From IMG/VR virus record IMGVR_UViG_3300034374_009547: DNA of 64,000 bases. One strand, given 5' to 3'. Position 1 is the stretch's first letter. Each line of letters begins with the position of its first letter. Source of the stretch: a virus. Its lineage: Duplodnaviria > Caudoviricetes. A program made the position numbers and the translations under genes. Shown in pieces: positions 8,581 to 17,537 of the stretch. The notes under the pieces were generated by a model. The model did not search any database. It had not been told where the DNA came from and saw nothing but the letters and a program-made list of their open reading frames with translations.

Positions 8581-10136
8581 TGAAAACAAACCTAACTGAA
8601 ACACAAAAAGATTATGCAGTATTTTTACCTAGTATTAGCGGCTTTTATGGCACGTTTGTAGGTAAACAAAGATATGAAGATTATGTTGATCCTTCTCGTG
8701 TTCCAGCAGGTTTAGGCAATGTAGAAAGTCTTAATTTTTTAAATCCTAAAGACGGAGCATTCCATTACAAGTGGGCGCTCTATTCTGCTGGTCACGCAGA
8801 TTTAGATACGACTAAATTTGTTGATAAAGAAGATATGGTGCGTAACCGTGATAGAGATAATTCATGGTTGCTAGGCGACTCAGGTGGTTTCCAAATTGCT
8901 AAAGGGTTGTGGCCCGGTGACTGGACTAGCGAAACTTGTCCACATGCAAATAAAAAACGTGAGCTTGTTGTAAACTGGATGGAAGAATACATGGACTACG
9001 GAATGATGCTTGATATTCCTACATGGACCTTCCAAAGTGCAAAAGCAAGTAAAGCAACTAACATAAAAAGTTATGATGATGCTGTAAAAGCTACTCATAT
9101 TAATGCACGTTATTACATGAAACATAGACGTGGTAACTTTAAGGTATTAAACGTACTACAAGGCAGTAATCATACTAATGCCGATAGTTGGTATGAAGAA
9201 TTCAAAGGTTATTGTGATCCAAAACAATATCCAGATACACACTTTAATGGCTGGGCAATGGGTGGTCAAAACATGTGTGATGTTCATTTGATTTTACGCA
9301 GACTTGTACACATGATACACGATGGATTACTTGAACAAGGGCTGCATGATGTAATGCACTTCTTGGGCACAAGTAAACTAGAATGGGCTGTGTTACTTAC
9401 TGACATACAACGAGCTGTTCGCAAATATCATAATCCTAACTTTATGATTACATATGATTGTGCATCTCCTTTTCTTGCAACAGCAAACGGTCAAATTTAT
9501 CATAACATTAGATTAGATCACAAAGGCAAATGGAGTTATATTATGAGTCCAGGTGCTGACGCTTTGAAATATGCTAGTGATACTAGAAGTTTTATAGACG
9601 CAGTACTACAAGATGGCTTATTACCTACATTTGAAGAATCTCCTGTTAGTCAACACTGCAAAATGAATGATATTTGCATTTATGCTCCAGGCGATAAAAA
9701 CAAAGTTGGTACTATTAAAGTTGAAAAAGGTAAGCCAGAACTTGATAAACAAGGTAATCCTTTACTAGACGATAACGGAAATCCAATTATTATGCGTAAA
9801 GATAGCACAAGTTGGGATTCATTTAGTTATGCGCTACAAATGGGTCATAATGTTTGGATGCATATTGAAAGTACACAACGTGCAAACGAGCGTTATGATG
9901 CAGGAGAATATCCTTACATGATGGTATACGAACCAAGTATTAGACATGTGTTTAGAGATATTGTCAATGAAATCTTTGCACAAAAAGATCGTGAAAAAAG
10001 TCTTGCAGTTATTAACAAATATGGTGACGATAAATCGCTAAGTATTTGGACACACATTATTGGTACTAGATTGAAAGTTGGTAAGAAAACAATAACACCG
10101 GAAGCAAAAGCAGACGAATTATTTGATTGGGGTTGA
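8580..10136 (+). CDS. dpdA: tRNA-guanine transglycosylase-fold protein, putative DNA 7-deazaguanine transglycosylase (DpdA-like)
   Basis: TGT motifs in order: DSGGFQ, MMLDIP, GWAMGG, MHFLG, YDCASP. Co-located with queD, folE and queE. Confidence 0.8.
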   Translation: MKTNLTETQKDYAVFLPSISGFYGTFVGKQRYEDYVDPSRVPAGLGNVESLNFLNPKDGAFHYKWALYSAGHADLDTTKFVDKEDMVRNRDRDNSWLLGDSGGFQIAKGLWPGDWTSETCPHANKKRELVVNWMEEYMDYGMMLDIPTWTFQSAKASKATNIKSYDDAVKATHINARYYMKHRRGNFKVLNVLQGSNHTNADSWYEEFKGYCDPKQYPDTHFNGWAMGGQNMCDVHLILRRLVHMIHDGLLEQGLHDVMHFLGTSKLEWAVLLTDIQRAVRKYHNPNFMITYDCASPFLATANGQIYHNIRLDHKGKWSYIMSPGADALKYASDTRSFIDAVLQDGLLPTFEESPVSQHCKMNDICIYAPGDKNKVGTIKVEKGKPELDKQGNPLLDDNGNPIIMRKDSTSWDSFSYALQMGHNVWMHIESTQRANERYDAGEYPYMMVYEPSIRHVFRDIVNEIFAQKDREKSLAVINKYGDDKSLSIWTHIIGTRLKVGKKTITPEAKADELFDWG

Positions 10137-10137
10137 T

Positions 10138-10359
10138 ATGAGTAACTTTACAGATGAAAAAGATAAACTAAAAAGCTACTTAGAAGAATTAAAACGAAAA
10201 CACAAAAAATTACATGAACAAATTGATCAATATCACGGTATTGAAGTCACTCCAGAAATAAGAAAACTTAAAACACATAAACTTTTTATAAAAGATGAAA
10301 TGCATAGAATTCAAACAAAACTTGAAAACTTAGGACATTACAAAAATGGACGAGCATGA
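10138..10359 (+). CDS. DUF465/YdcH-like coiled-coil protein
   Basis: L..L...H..L..QI...E..KLK..KL.IKDE pattern. Likely start is ATG 10138. Confidence 0.55.
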   Translation: MSNFTDEKDKLKSYLEELKRKHKKLHEQIDQYHGIEVTPEIRKLKTHKLFIKDEMHRIQTKLENLGHYKNGRA

Positions 10360-10516
10360 AAAGAAAGTTAGATTAGAACATATTGATATGGCTTTAGAAG
10401 AACTTGATAAAATCATTGACACAATGAATAAAAAAGGCTATAGTAATGAAAAAATAAACGAGTTTAACAAACAACGTTGGAATCTTTGGAATGAAAGGTA
10501 TAGGCTTAAACAATGA
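10346..10516 (+). CDS. Small hypothetical protein (56 aa), not in the ORF track
   Basis: MDEHEKKVRLEHIDMALEELDKIIDTMNKKGYSNEKINEFNKQRWNLWNERYRLKQ*. ATGA overlap with the next gene. Confidence 0.6.
   Translation: MDEHEKKVRLEHIDMALEELDKIIDTMNKKGYSNEKINEFNKQRWNLWNERYRLKQ
10416..10444 (+). promoter_or_regulatory. sigma70-type promoter
   Basis: TTGACA-17 nt-TATAGT upstream of ORF 10513. Confidence 0.6.
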
Positions 10517-11019
10517 AACGAGATTATGATAGTGGTGTAACATCAGAAGGTGTAAACTTTTTTGTTGGTACTGAAGTAGAACACACACCGCAGTTTGGTA
10601 AGAAAACACTTTTTGTTGTAGGTGTACAAAACTTTGAAGAAATTGTAGAACACGCAGATAAAGCGGGTGTAGATCATATTTACTTGGGTGCTAATATGAG
10701 TTGGAGCAAGGACGAGTCTTGGGACGAAATGGTATTTCCATTGTTGAAAGACGGTTACTGGGTAACACTAGATTTTCCTGTGCAAGACATTGAATGGGTG
10801 CTAGAGTGCGGCTATACAGAATACAATCGCTTTATTCCAATGATTAGCGTAAAAATGCCTTACATTGATCTACTAGGTTACAATGCTTGTTTAAAAGTAG
10901 ATGACAAGGATTTTGATGCTACTAATCCAGGTGTATGGGTACATCGTGTACATGATTTAAAAGATAAATCAAAGTTTACAGATTGGTCTAAATACACCAC
11001 AGATGAAATTATCGCTTGA
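10513..11019 (+). CDS. Hypothetical protein between dpdA and queD
   Basis: 168-aa ORF with enzyme-like beta/alpha pattern (HIYLGAN, WVTLDF, DDKDF). Family not recognised. Confidence 0.75.
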   Translation: MKRDYDSGVTSEGVNFFVGTEVEHTPQFGKKTLFVVGVQNFEEIVEHADKAGVDHIYLGANMSWSKDESWDEMVFPLLKDGYWVTLDFPVQDIEWVLECGYTEYNRFIPMISVKMPYIDLLGYNACLKVDDKDFDATNPGVWVHRVHDLKDKSKFTDWSKYTTDEIIA

Positions 11020-11473
11020 CAATATGCAACAAGAACGTTATTATGAATATATGAAACGGCGCAACAGAGAAGAGGACGCTAAATTGAACGCATTAGAAAA
11101 TGCAAAACGCAGTATTTGGGTAACTTTTACAAAAGAAGGTATCCACAAGTATCCAGCAGCACTGGAAGATCCAGCACTGGCAACAGGTGATGAATATGAT
11201 GTAAGTTTCTTAGGTTATCCACATCGTCATATGTTCCATTTTAAAGTGCAAATTCAAGTTACACACAATGACCGTGACATTGAATTTATCCAGTTCAAAC
11301 GATGGCTGGAATCATTGTATGCAGGAGACATCTTGCAACTAGATTACAAGAGCTGTGAAATGATTGCAGACGACTTGTACACACAAATTAACAGCAAATA
11401 TCCCGGCCGGTTTGTTGTTATTGATGTCGCCGAAGATGGCGAAAACGGCTGTCAAATTGTATACCCAGCATAA
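11003..11473 (+). CDS. queD: QueD-like 6-carboxytetrahydropterin synthase (PTPS/T-fold)
   Basis: HRHMFH metal motif, IEFIQFK, SCEMIA, VAEDGENG. Start uncertain. Confidence 0.75.
   Translation: MKLSLDNMQQERYYEYMKRRNREEDAKLNALENAKRSIWVTFTKEGIHKYPAALEDPALATGDEYDVSFLGYPHRHMFHFKVQIQVTHNDRDIEFIQFKRWLESLYAGDILQLDYKSCEMIADDLYTQINSKYPGRFVVIDVAEDGENGCQIVYPA
11016..11044 (+). promoter_or_regulatory. sigma70-type promoter for queD
   Basis: TTGACA-17 nt-TATTAT. It implies the real queD start lies downstream of 11003. Confidence 0.6.
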
Positions 11474-11487
11474 AGGAAAAAGGTATA

Positions 11488-11676
11488 ATGACTATCTCTA
11501 ATCCGGTAGTAAATAAAATTTTTAACGATCTTGAGGAACTGCACGACTTCTGCAGAACTGAAGGTTATCCATTTAACCAAGCAGATTTGTATAAGAAAGA
11601 TGCTCGTGTATGGCAGGCATTTCAAAAATACAAAAATTGGGTCCGTGCTAGAAATCGCACCAAAGGACGCAAATAA
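11488..11676 (+). CDS. Small hypothetical protein
   Basis: 62 aa, AAGG RBS, TAATG coupling to the next gene. Confidence 0.7.
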   Translation: MTISNPVVNKIFNDLEELHDFCRTEGYPFNQADLYKKDARVWQAFQKYKNWVRARNRTKGRK

Positions 11677-12851
11677 TGCGTAAGCTGTTTTACATGGGCT
11701 TAGAGCCCTATGAAGGCAGGTACACATTACAACTTGAAGAATGGAGTAGGCGTGCGTTTCAACGCCGCTCCATTGATTGGGTTAATGTACCTGGTACAAC
11801 TATTGACAATACAAAAGCAATTCAAGTAGGCCAAGTGTTAGATGCACATGGCCGTTCCTACTTTGCAATGTCGCAAATGATGAACTTGGTGCAAATGATG
11901 CGTAACGGTGAAGTTACAGGCGAAGATGTAGTTTTCTTTGAAGATATGTTCCAGCCTGGTATGGAATCGCTTCCGTATATTATGGATCAGATTCCCACTG
12001 AGCAACGTCCACAGGTTTGGATTCGTTGTTTAGCACAAGCAGTTGATCCAGATGACTTTGTGCATGTTTGGGGCATGGGCAAGTGGATGAGTTTGTATGA
12101 AGAAATGTGCAACGAGTTTGTTACTGGCGTACTAGCAAGTAATGAAGAAATGGTTGCACACATGAAGATTGCAAACTGGAAGGCTCCTATCTACAATGTT
12201 TCAGGTCTTGCATTTGATAAAACAGAAGTTGCTCTACGTGTTGGCGAGATCAACACTTGGGAAAAGCGTGACAATCGTGTGGTATTTGCAGCACGTTTTG
12301 ATCAAGAAAAACAACCAGACTTTTATATGGATTTGATTGAAGAATGGTATGGTACACCAGGTACAGCAGACGTGGAGTTTTGCATTGTGCAAGGTGGCCC
12401 GCTACGCAGTAACAATCAAAAGTATATTGATCGTGCCCGCAAAATGGAAGAGCGTGGACAACTGGTAATTTATGAAAACTTGAAAAAGAATCATTACTAT
12501 GATATTGTAAATCGTAGTAAAGTTTTGTTCAATTGTGCTTTGCAGGATTGGACAAGCAATACGGTAAGCGAAGCAGATGCATTAGGATGCAATGTGTTGT
12601 TTCCAGCGTATCGCAGTTTTCCAGAAATCTTTGCTAATGATCATACACGCATGTATGTGCCTTGGAGTGTTGAAGATGCAATGAACAAGTTAACGCCATT
12701 ACTAAAAAGCGCACATAAAGACTTAGGTAAGATAAGCGATTGGACTAGTGCAACTATTGATCGTTATATTGATATTATGCAAGGTAACGGTGAACAATGG
12801 CGTAGAGATAGCAATCGTTATCGTGATTATGTTGCGGAGACAAAATATTGA
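11676..12851 (+). CDS. GT-B fold glycosyltransferase (GT4-like)
   Basis: FAARFDQEKQP and DWTSNTVSEADALGC (D/E-x7-E motif) in the C-terminal domain. Confidence 0.8.
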   Translation: MRKLFYMGLEPYEGRYTLQLEEWSRRAFQRRSIDWVNVPGTTIDNTKAIQVGQVLDAHGRSYFAMSQMMNLVQMMRNGEVTGEDVVFFEDMFQPGMESLPYIMDQIPTEQRPQVWIRCLAQAVDPDDFVHVWGMGKWMSLYEEMCNEFVTGVLASNEEMVAHMKIANWKAPIYNVSGLAFDKTEVALRVGEINTWEKRDNRVVFAARFDQEKQPDFYMDLIEEWYGTPGTADVEFCIVQGGPLRSNNQKYIDRARKMEERGQLVIYENLKKNHYYDIVNRSKVLFNCALQDWTSNTVSEADALGCNVLFPAYRSFPEIFANDHTRMYVPWSVEDAMNKLTPLLKSAHKDLGKISDWTSATIDRYIDIMQGNGEQWRRDSNRYRDYVAETKY

Positions 12852-13714
12852 GAGTATTGGTCACAGGTGCTACAGGTTATATTGGCAGTCATGTTTGTAA
12901 ACTACTAAAAGAGCATGGACATCACGTTACTGCTTGGGATATAAATATTCATGGTGAATACAATGACATCATGGCATATTGTGACCATTATTCTTCTTAT
13001 GATATAACTAAGTTTGTACATGGTGGCTTTGACGCCGTTGTACACTTAGCAGGACGCAGTGTAGTACCTGATAGTTTACGTGAACCTACAGAATATTATC
13101 GTGTAAACGTGATGGGTACTGCAAACTTGTTAGATCGTGTCGAAACACCACACATACTATTTGCAAGCACTAGTAGTGCTTGGGAAATGGCATCACCATA
13201 TGCACGTAGCAAAGTGGCAGCAGAAGATGTAATTAAGGAGAAAGCCAATGGATACACTATCTTTAGATTTTTTAACGTATCTGGTACTGACGGGCATAAT
13301 CGTCAACTGGGCGTTCCTACCCATCTTATTCGTGTTGCTGCTATGGTGGCTGCTGAAAAACTACCCAACATTAAGATCTTTGGTACGGACTATGATACTA
13401 GGGATGGTACTTGTATTCGTGATTATATTCATGTTGTTGATTTGGCTCGTGCCATTGTCAACGGAGTGGAACGAGGTCCAGCCAATACGGACTATGAGTG
13501 CCTTGGTAGCAACGTAGGTTATAGTGTACGAGAAGTAATCAGTACTATGGAGCAAGTTACTGGTAAAAAGTTAAATATCATTGAAGCAGAACGCAGAGAA
13601 GGCGATGCTGTTGCCAGTGTTGTAGACAACCTAAGTGATCTAGTTACACTGGAAAAAAGCATCGAAGATATGTGTTTGGATCAATACAAATTGGAAGTTG
13701 GTAAAAATGGATGA
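12848..13714 (+). CDS. galE: UDP-glucose 4-epimerase-like NAD-dependent epimerase
   Basis: GATGYIGS, VHLAG, YARSK (YxxxK), FRFFNV, DGTCIRDYIHVVDLA. TTG start. Confidence 0.9.
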   Translation: MRVLVTGATGYIGSHVCKLLKEHGHHVTAWDINIHGEYNDIMAYCDHYSSYDITKFVHGGFDAVVHLAGRSVVPDSLREPTEYYRVNVMGTANLLDRVETPHILFASTSSAWEMASPYARSKVAAEDVIKEKANGYTIFRFFNVSGTDGHNRQLGVPTHLIRVAAMVAAEKLPNIKIFGTDYDTRDGTCIRDYIHVVDLARAIVNGVERGPANTDYECLGSNVGYSVREVISTMEQVTGKKLNIIEAERREGDAVASVVDNLSDLVTLEKSIEDMCLDQYKLEVGKNG

Positions 13715-13937
13715 ATTAGTAGCACAAAGTAAAGTTATTATTGAACATTTAGATAATGGCGACTTGATGAGTTGTTATAGTGTTTTTGAAGCTAATATTA
13801 GAAATATTCTAGATGACTTAGATCAAGATACAAAACTGGTACAACTTTGGCAAACTCAAAGAGGATATGTCGATGATGAAGACTGGGCCTCAGTTATGGA
13901 AAATATTGAAAACATTCGAGCAGTTGTAAATGCGTGA
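13698..13937 (+). CDS. Hypothetical protein
   Basis: 79-aa ORF overlapping both neighbours. Start may be the downstream ATG. Confidence 0.6.
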   Translation: MVKMDELVAQSKVIIEHLDNGDLMSCYSVFEANIRNILDDLDQDTKLVQLWQTQRGYVDDEDWASVMENIENIRAVVNA

Positions 13938-14277
13938 TCACAACAACGATACTATTACAATTACAACTGATGATTTGGATAAATCAGGCGTAACAATTCA
14001 AGGTCATTATTATGGAAATACTATTGATATAGGCACTATATCAACAAGCACACTTGAATACAATGGAATTGATGATTTAGTTTCGCTTGATGATTTTTCG
14101 ATTACACTAAATGATCCTGTTGAGTTTGAAGATCGTATGCCCGATGTTGCCAAGATAGAAGACATGTGCAATGATTATCCAGCACTAGCAAAAGCATATG
14201 AAAATTTTAAAACTATGTATGCTATGGTGCATCAAGACTGGAAAGGTCGACAAGAGGATGACCCACTTCCATTTTAA
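13930..14277 (+). CDS. Hypothetical protein
   Basis: T/D-rich N-terminus and helical C-terminus (MCNDYPALAKAYENFK). Confidence 0.7.
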   Translation: MRDHNNDTITITTDDLDKSGVTIQGHYYGNTIDIGTISTSTLEYNGIDDLVSLDDFSITLNDPVEFEDRMPDVAKIEDMCNDYPALAKAYENFKTMYAMVHQDWKGRQEDDPLPF

Positions 14278-14758
14278 CATAGAACCTGTATGGAATATGG
14301 AACGCTATCGTGCGTTAGACTATAAACTAGACCATCATAAAGATACAAATTTAATACAAAAATATTTAGATGCAGGGCATAGTGCAGAGGCTATGACCCT
14401 GTATAACTATTTTGAACCAAATCCTATGCCACCAAGTATAGAATATATTTGCAGTTATTTTCCTACACTTAAAAACATTTCAATTGCAGTCAACCTATTT
14501 AAGCCAGGACAATATTTGCCTGTACATACAGATCTATATGGTGCATATAAAAAATATCATGGTTTGACAAACGAAACAATTTATAGATATATTGTTATGC
14601 TAGAAGATGGTGTAGAAGGACAAATGTCTGTAATTGGAAACAGAGTTTACACCATGTGGAAAGCAGGACAAATATACGGCTGGCAAGATGATGAAAAACA
14701 CACATTTTATAACTTGAGTACAAAGGATAGATATGCAGTCCAAATTACAGGCACATAA
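14258..14758 (+). CDS. 2OG-Fe(II) oxygenase-like protein
   Basis: PGQYLPVHTD (HxD) ... KHTFYN (distal His) ... RYAVQIT. Likely start ATG 14258 after AGAGG. Confidence 0.75.
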   Translation: MTHFHFNIEPVWNMERYRALDYKLDHHKDTNLIQKYLDAGHSAEAMTLYNYFEPNPMPPSIEYICSYFPTLKNISIAVNLFKPGQYLPVHTDLYGAYKKYHGLTNETIYRYIVMLEDGVEGQMSVIGNRVYTMWKAGQIYGWQDDEKHTFYNLSTKDRYAVQITGT

Positions 14759-16022
14759 CCGATACGACCAAGTTTTAGAAAAACTTTTCATTATATCAAT
14801 TAACAACAATACCAAGTTTGTAGATAAAGAATACAACTTATTACAAAGTATTGACCATGCTGTAGGTATACATCAAGTTTATACTCACGGATATTTAAAA
14901 ACTTTTAAAAAAAATTATATTGTAATACACGATATGGGAACTATAGACTATATTGAAAATTATTTTTTGAATAGTTATGAACGCAAATCATGTAACAATA
15001 AAGGTTTGTACATTTTTTTAACGGAACAAATATTACACACACATATTCCAGAACAAAAAATAATGTTAGATGGTGATAGCAATTTACCTAATATTTCTAT
15101 AGATTGGCAACAATCACAACACGATAAAATTTGGTCTCCTGAATTATCAAGTATTAATGAATTTGTAAAAAATAATCAATTAACAAATGTTTTTGTTTGT
15201 ATTAGTGCAGAAGATAAACATGGAATTTATGCGGGCAAATATAATTTTAACATACTTCGTAATGACGCTTATGTAAACGCAATAGCAACTTTTTTAGACA
15301 AAAATAAATCTCCAACCCAATTTTTTTCTAGTGATAAAATAGATACACATTTTTGGTGTGGTAATTGGGGATATAGACCGCACAGACACATTGTTACTGC
15401 TTTTGCTAGTAGCTTAGACACCTTGTATAGTTGGGGATATACAGATAGTAAACTTAATTTAGCAAATCATCTATGGTTTGATCCTAAAAAATTTAAGTAC
15501 AAAAAAGAATTACTACAATCGCTAAAACAATTACAACCAAACTCAATTGACATAGATACAGGGCAAACTGAAATCACAGGCACATTATTTGATGTAATGC
15601 TTAGACCCGAGTCTGAATACGAAGGTCCTGATTTAAAAAATTATTCAAGTAAAGAATTATTTTCAAATACATTTTGCAGTATTATTAACAGCAGTACATT
15701 TGGTGAACCATTTGCAGTATATGACGAAAAACCTTTAAATGCTATTATAAATTTTAGACCATTTATACTAGTTGGTCCAGCAGGCAGTTTAGAATTAATG
15801 AAAAAGGACGGTTTTAAAACATTTAGTGATTTTTGGAACGAAAGTTACGACAACGAATATAACCATCAAACAAGATTAGAAAAAATATTTGATTTGCTAT
15901 TAGAAATTGACTCTTGGAGTATTGAAAAATGTAAGCAAATGCACAAAGATATGTATAATATATTAATTCATAATTACAACAGAATAGGTAAAGATTTACA
16001 TGAAATGCGCAGCACTTTATAA
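14733..16022 (+). CDS. Putative glycosyltransferase-like protein
   Basis: C-terminal EKPLNAIINFRPFILVG..SLELMKKDGFKTFSDFWNESYD resembles a GT-B donor-binding end. Weak call. Confidence 0.45.
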   Translation: MQSKLQAHNRYDQVLEKLFIISINNNTKFVDKEYNLLQSIDHAVGIHQVYTHGYLKTFKKNYIVIHDMGTIDYIENYFLNSYERKSCNNKGLYIFLTEQILHTHIPEQKIMLDGDSNLPNISIDWQQSQHDKIWSPELSSINEFVKNNQLTNVFVCISAEDKHGIYAGKYNFNILRNDAYVNAIATFLDKNKSPTQFFSSDKIDTHFWCGNWGYRPHRHIVTAFASSLDTLYSWGYTDSKLNLANHLWFDPKKFKYKKELLQSLKQLQPNSIDIDTGQTEITGTLFDVMLRPESEYEGPDLKNYSSKELFSNTFCSIINSSTFGEPFAVYDEKPLNAIINFRPFILVGPAGSLELMKKDGFKTFSDFWNESYDNEYNHQTRLEKIFDLLLEIDSWSIEKCKQMHKDMYNILIHNYNRIGKDLHEMRSTL

Positions 16023-16926
16023 TCATACAAATATACGTGGTGGTAATCGTGTGTATCCTTGTTGTCGTTACAAGGAAAGTGTAATGCACTTTGATGGCAA
16101 TGTTGGTAAAATTATGCATAGTTATATGTATAATAAATTACGTGCAGATATGGAAGATGATTGGTTGCCGGGCTGTGGTAAATGCAAACACGAAGAAGAA
16201 CTAGGGGTAGAAAGTTTAAGACAACGGTTTAATTCTCGTTATCAAATGAGCAAACCTACACTGGATTATTTGGAAGTAGGGTTTGATAACATATGTGATT
16301 TAACTTGTGATGGTTGCTGGGAGGAATGGAGCAGCAGCTGGTGGGCTAAAAAGAATCCCGACCTGCCACACAAACAGGGAATTACCAGCACAGAAGAATT
16401 TACACATATACCCAACACTATAAATCGTGTGGTGTTTTTAGGTGGCGAACCACTTATGACAAATAGACACAGACGTTTTTTACAAACATTTGACAATTTA
16501 GAAAATCTATCTGTGGAATATTTTACAAATGGTATGCACAAATTACAAGAAGAAGATTACCAAGTTTTAAGCAAATGCAAACATGTACACTTTACAATCA
16601 GCATAGACGGTATAGGTGTTTTGAATGAACAGGTGCGTAGCGGTAGTGTTTGGAGCAGAGTGGTCAAAACATTAGATGAAATAGCAGATGTATTTGATTA
16701 TACAATACACAGCGTAGTGCATAAAAATAATTGGCACGGTTTACCAGAACTTGCAGAGTTTGCAAAAAAATATAAAAAATGGACAACAAATGTCTTGACA
16801 TTTCCTAAAGAACTGGATATAATAACACTAGAGCAGTGTGACAAAGCAAAACTAGAAAAAATATTGGATACATATGATATACCAAACAGGCAATATATTA
16901 AGGCACACTTACAAGGAGAAGCATGA
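16000..16926 (+). CDS. Radical SAM protein with N-terminal twitch-like module
   Basis: CDLTCDGC (CxxxCxxC), GGEP, N-terminal C...YPCC...CGKC. Confidence 0.88.
   Translation: MKCAALYNHTNIRGGNRVYPCCRYKESVMHFDGNVGKIMHSYMYNKLRADMEDDWLPGCGKCKHEEELGVESLRQRFNSRYQMSKPTLDYLEVGFDNICDLTCDGCWEEWSSSWWAKKNPDLPHKQGITSTEEFTHIPNTINRVVFLGGEPLMTNRHRRFLQTFDNLENLSVEYFTNGMHKLQEEDYQVLSKCKHVHFTISIDGIGVLNEQVRSGSVWSRVVKTLDEIADVFDYTIHSVVHKNNWHGLPELAEFAKKYKKWTTNVLTFPKELDIITLEQCDKAKLEKILDTYDIPNRQYIKAHLQGEA
16795..16823 (+). promoter_or_regulatory. Consensus sigma70 promoter inside the rSAM gene
   Basis: Perfect TTGACA-17 nt-TATAAT about 100 nt upstream of ORF 16923. Confidence 0.75.
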
Positions 16927-17537
16927 TGGACATGCGCAGTTATGAAAATTGGAGAGAACACGGTGCTGATGAAAGTAGTGTAGAAGAAGTAACTTGGAAT
17001 AATAACGATTTGCTTACACTACCTTGGGAAGCAACATATATGACAGACGAGATTCCAGAAGATAGTTCATGGGATACGTTTGCTACAAAAAATAAAAAAG
17101 CACTAGAAGCCATGTACAAACAATGGGGAGTACCTAAAGAAGGTAGTCTACATTATATGAGTATACGTCCAGAACTAACAAAAGGACTTGCTACACTTAT
17201 TGCTCCGTATGCACATATGAAGTTCAATTACAACTTCCTAAAACTAACACCAGGGTGTAGTTTAATGTGGCACTTTGATACATATGCTACATTTGTAAAG
17301 TTCAATAATATCGATGAAGCAGATGCACATCATGTTTGTAGGACCGTTGTGATGATGGATGACTGGGATAGAGGTCAAGTACTACAAGTAGGTGACGAAG
17401 TTTACACAGGCTGGAGTGCAGGAGATACATATACTTGGAAGGGTGATACTTGGCACGGTATGGCTAATTTTGGTCCTACTAATATTGTTATTGCTCAAAT
17501 AACATTCCTGGATGAAGATGACAAATATTCCCAATGA
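16923..17537 (+). CDS. 2OG-Fe(II) oxygenase-like protein
   Basis: LTPGCSLMWHFD (HxD) ... WHGMAN. Confidence 0.72.
   Translation: MMDMRSYENWREHGADESSVEEVTWNNNDLLTLPWEATYMTDEIPEDSSWDTFATKNKKALEAMYKQWGVPKEGSLHYMSIRPELTKGLATLIAPYAHMKFNYNFLKLTPGCSLMWHFDTYATFVKFNNIDEADAHHVCRTVVMMDDWDRGQVLQVGDEVYTGWSAGDTYTWKGDTWHGMANFGPTNIVIAQITFLDEDDKYSQ

Noticed and set aside
8580-10136. TGT as an ordinary tRNA-queuosine auxiliary gene
   Set aside because: Disfavoured, not excluded. No queA, queF or queG and no tRNA gene is visible here, while the protein is clamp-adjacent and carries a polymerase-like C-terminal tail.
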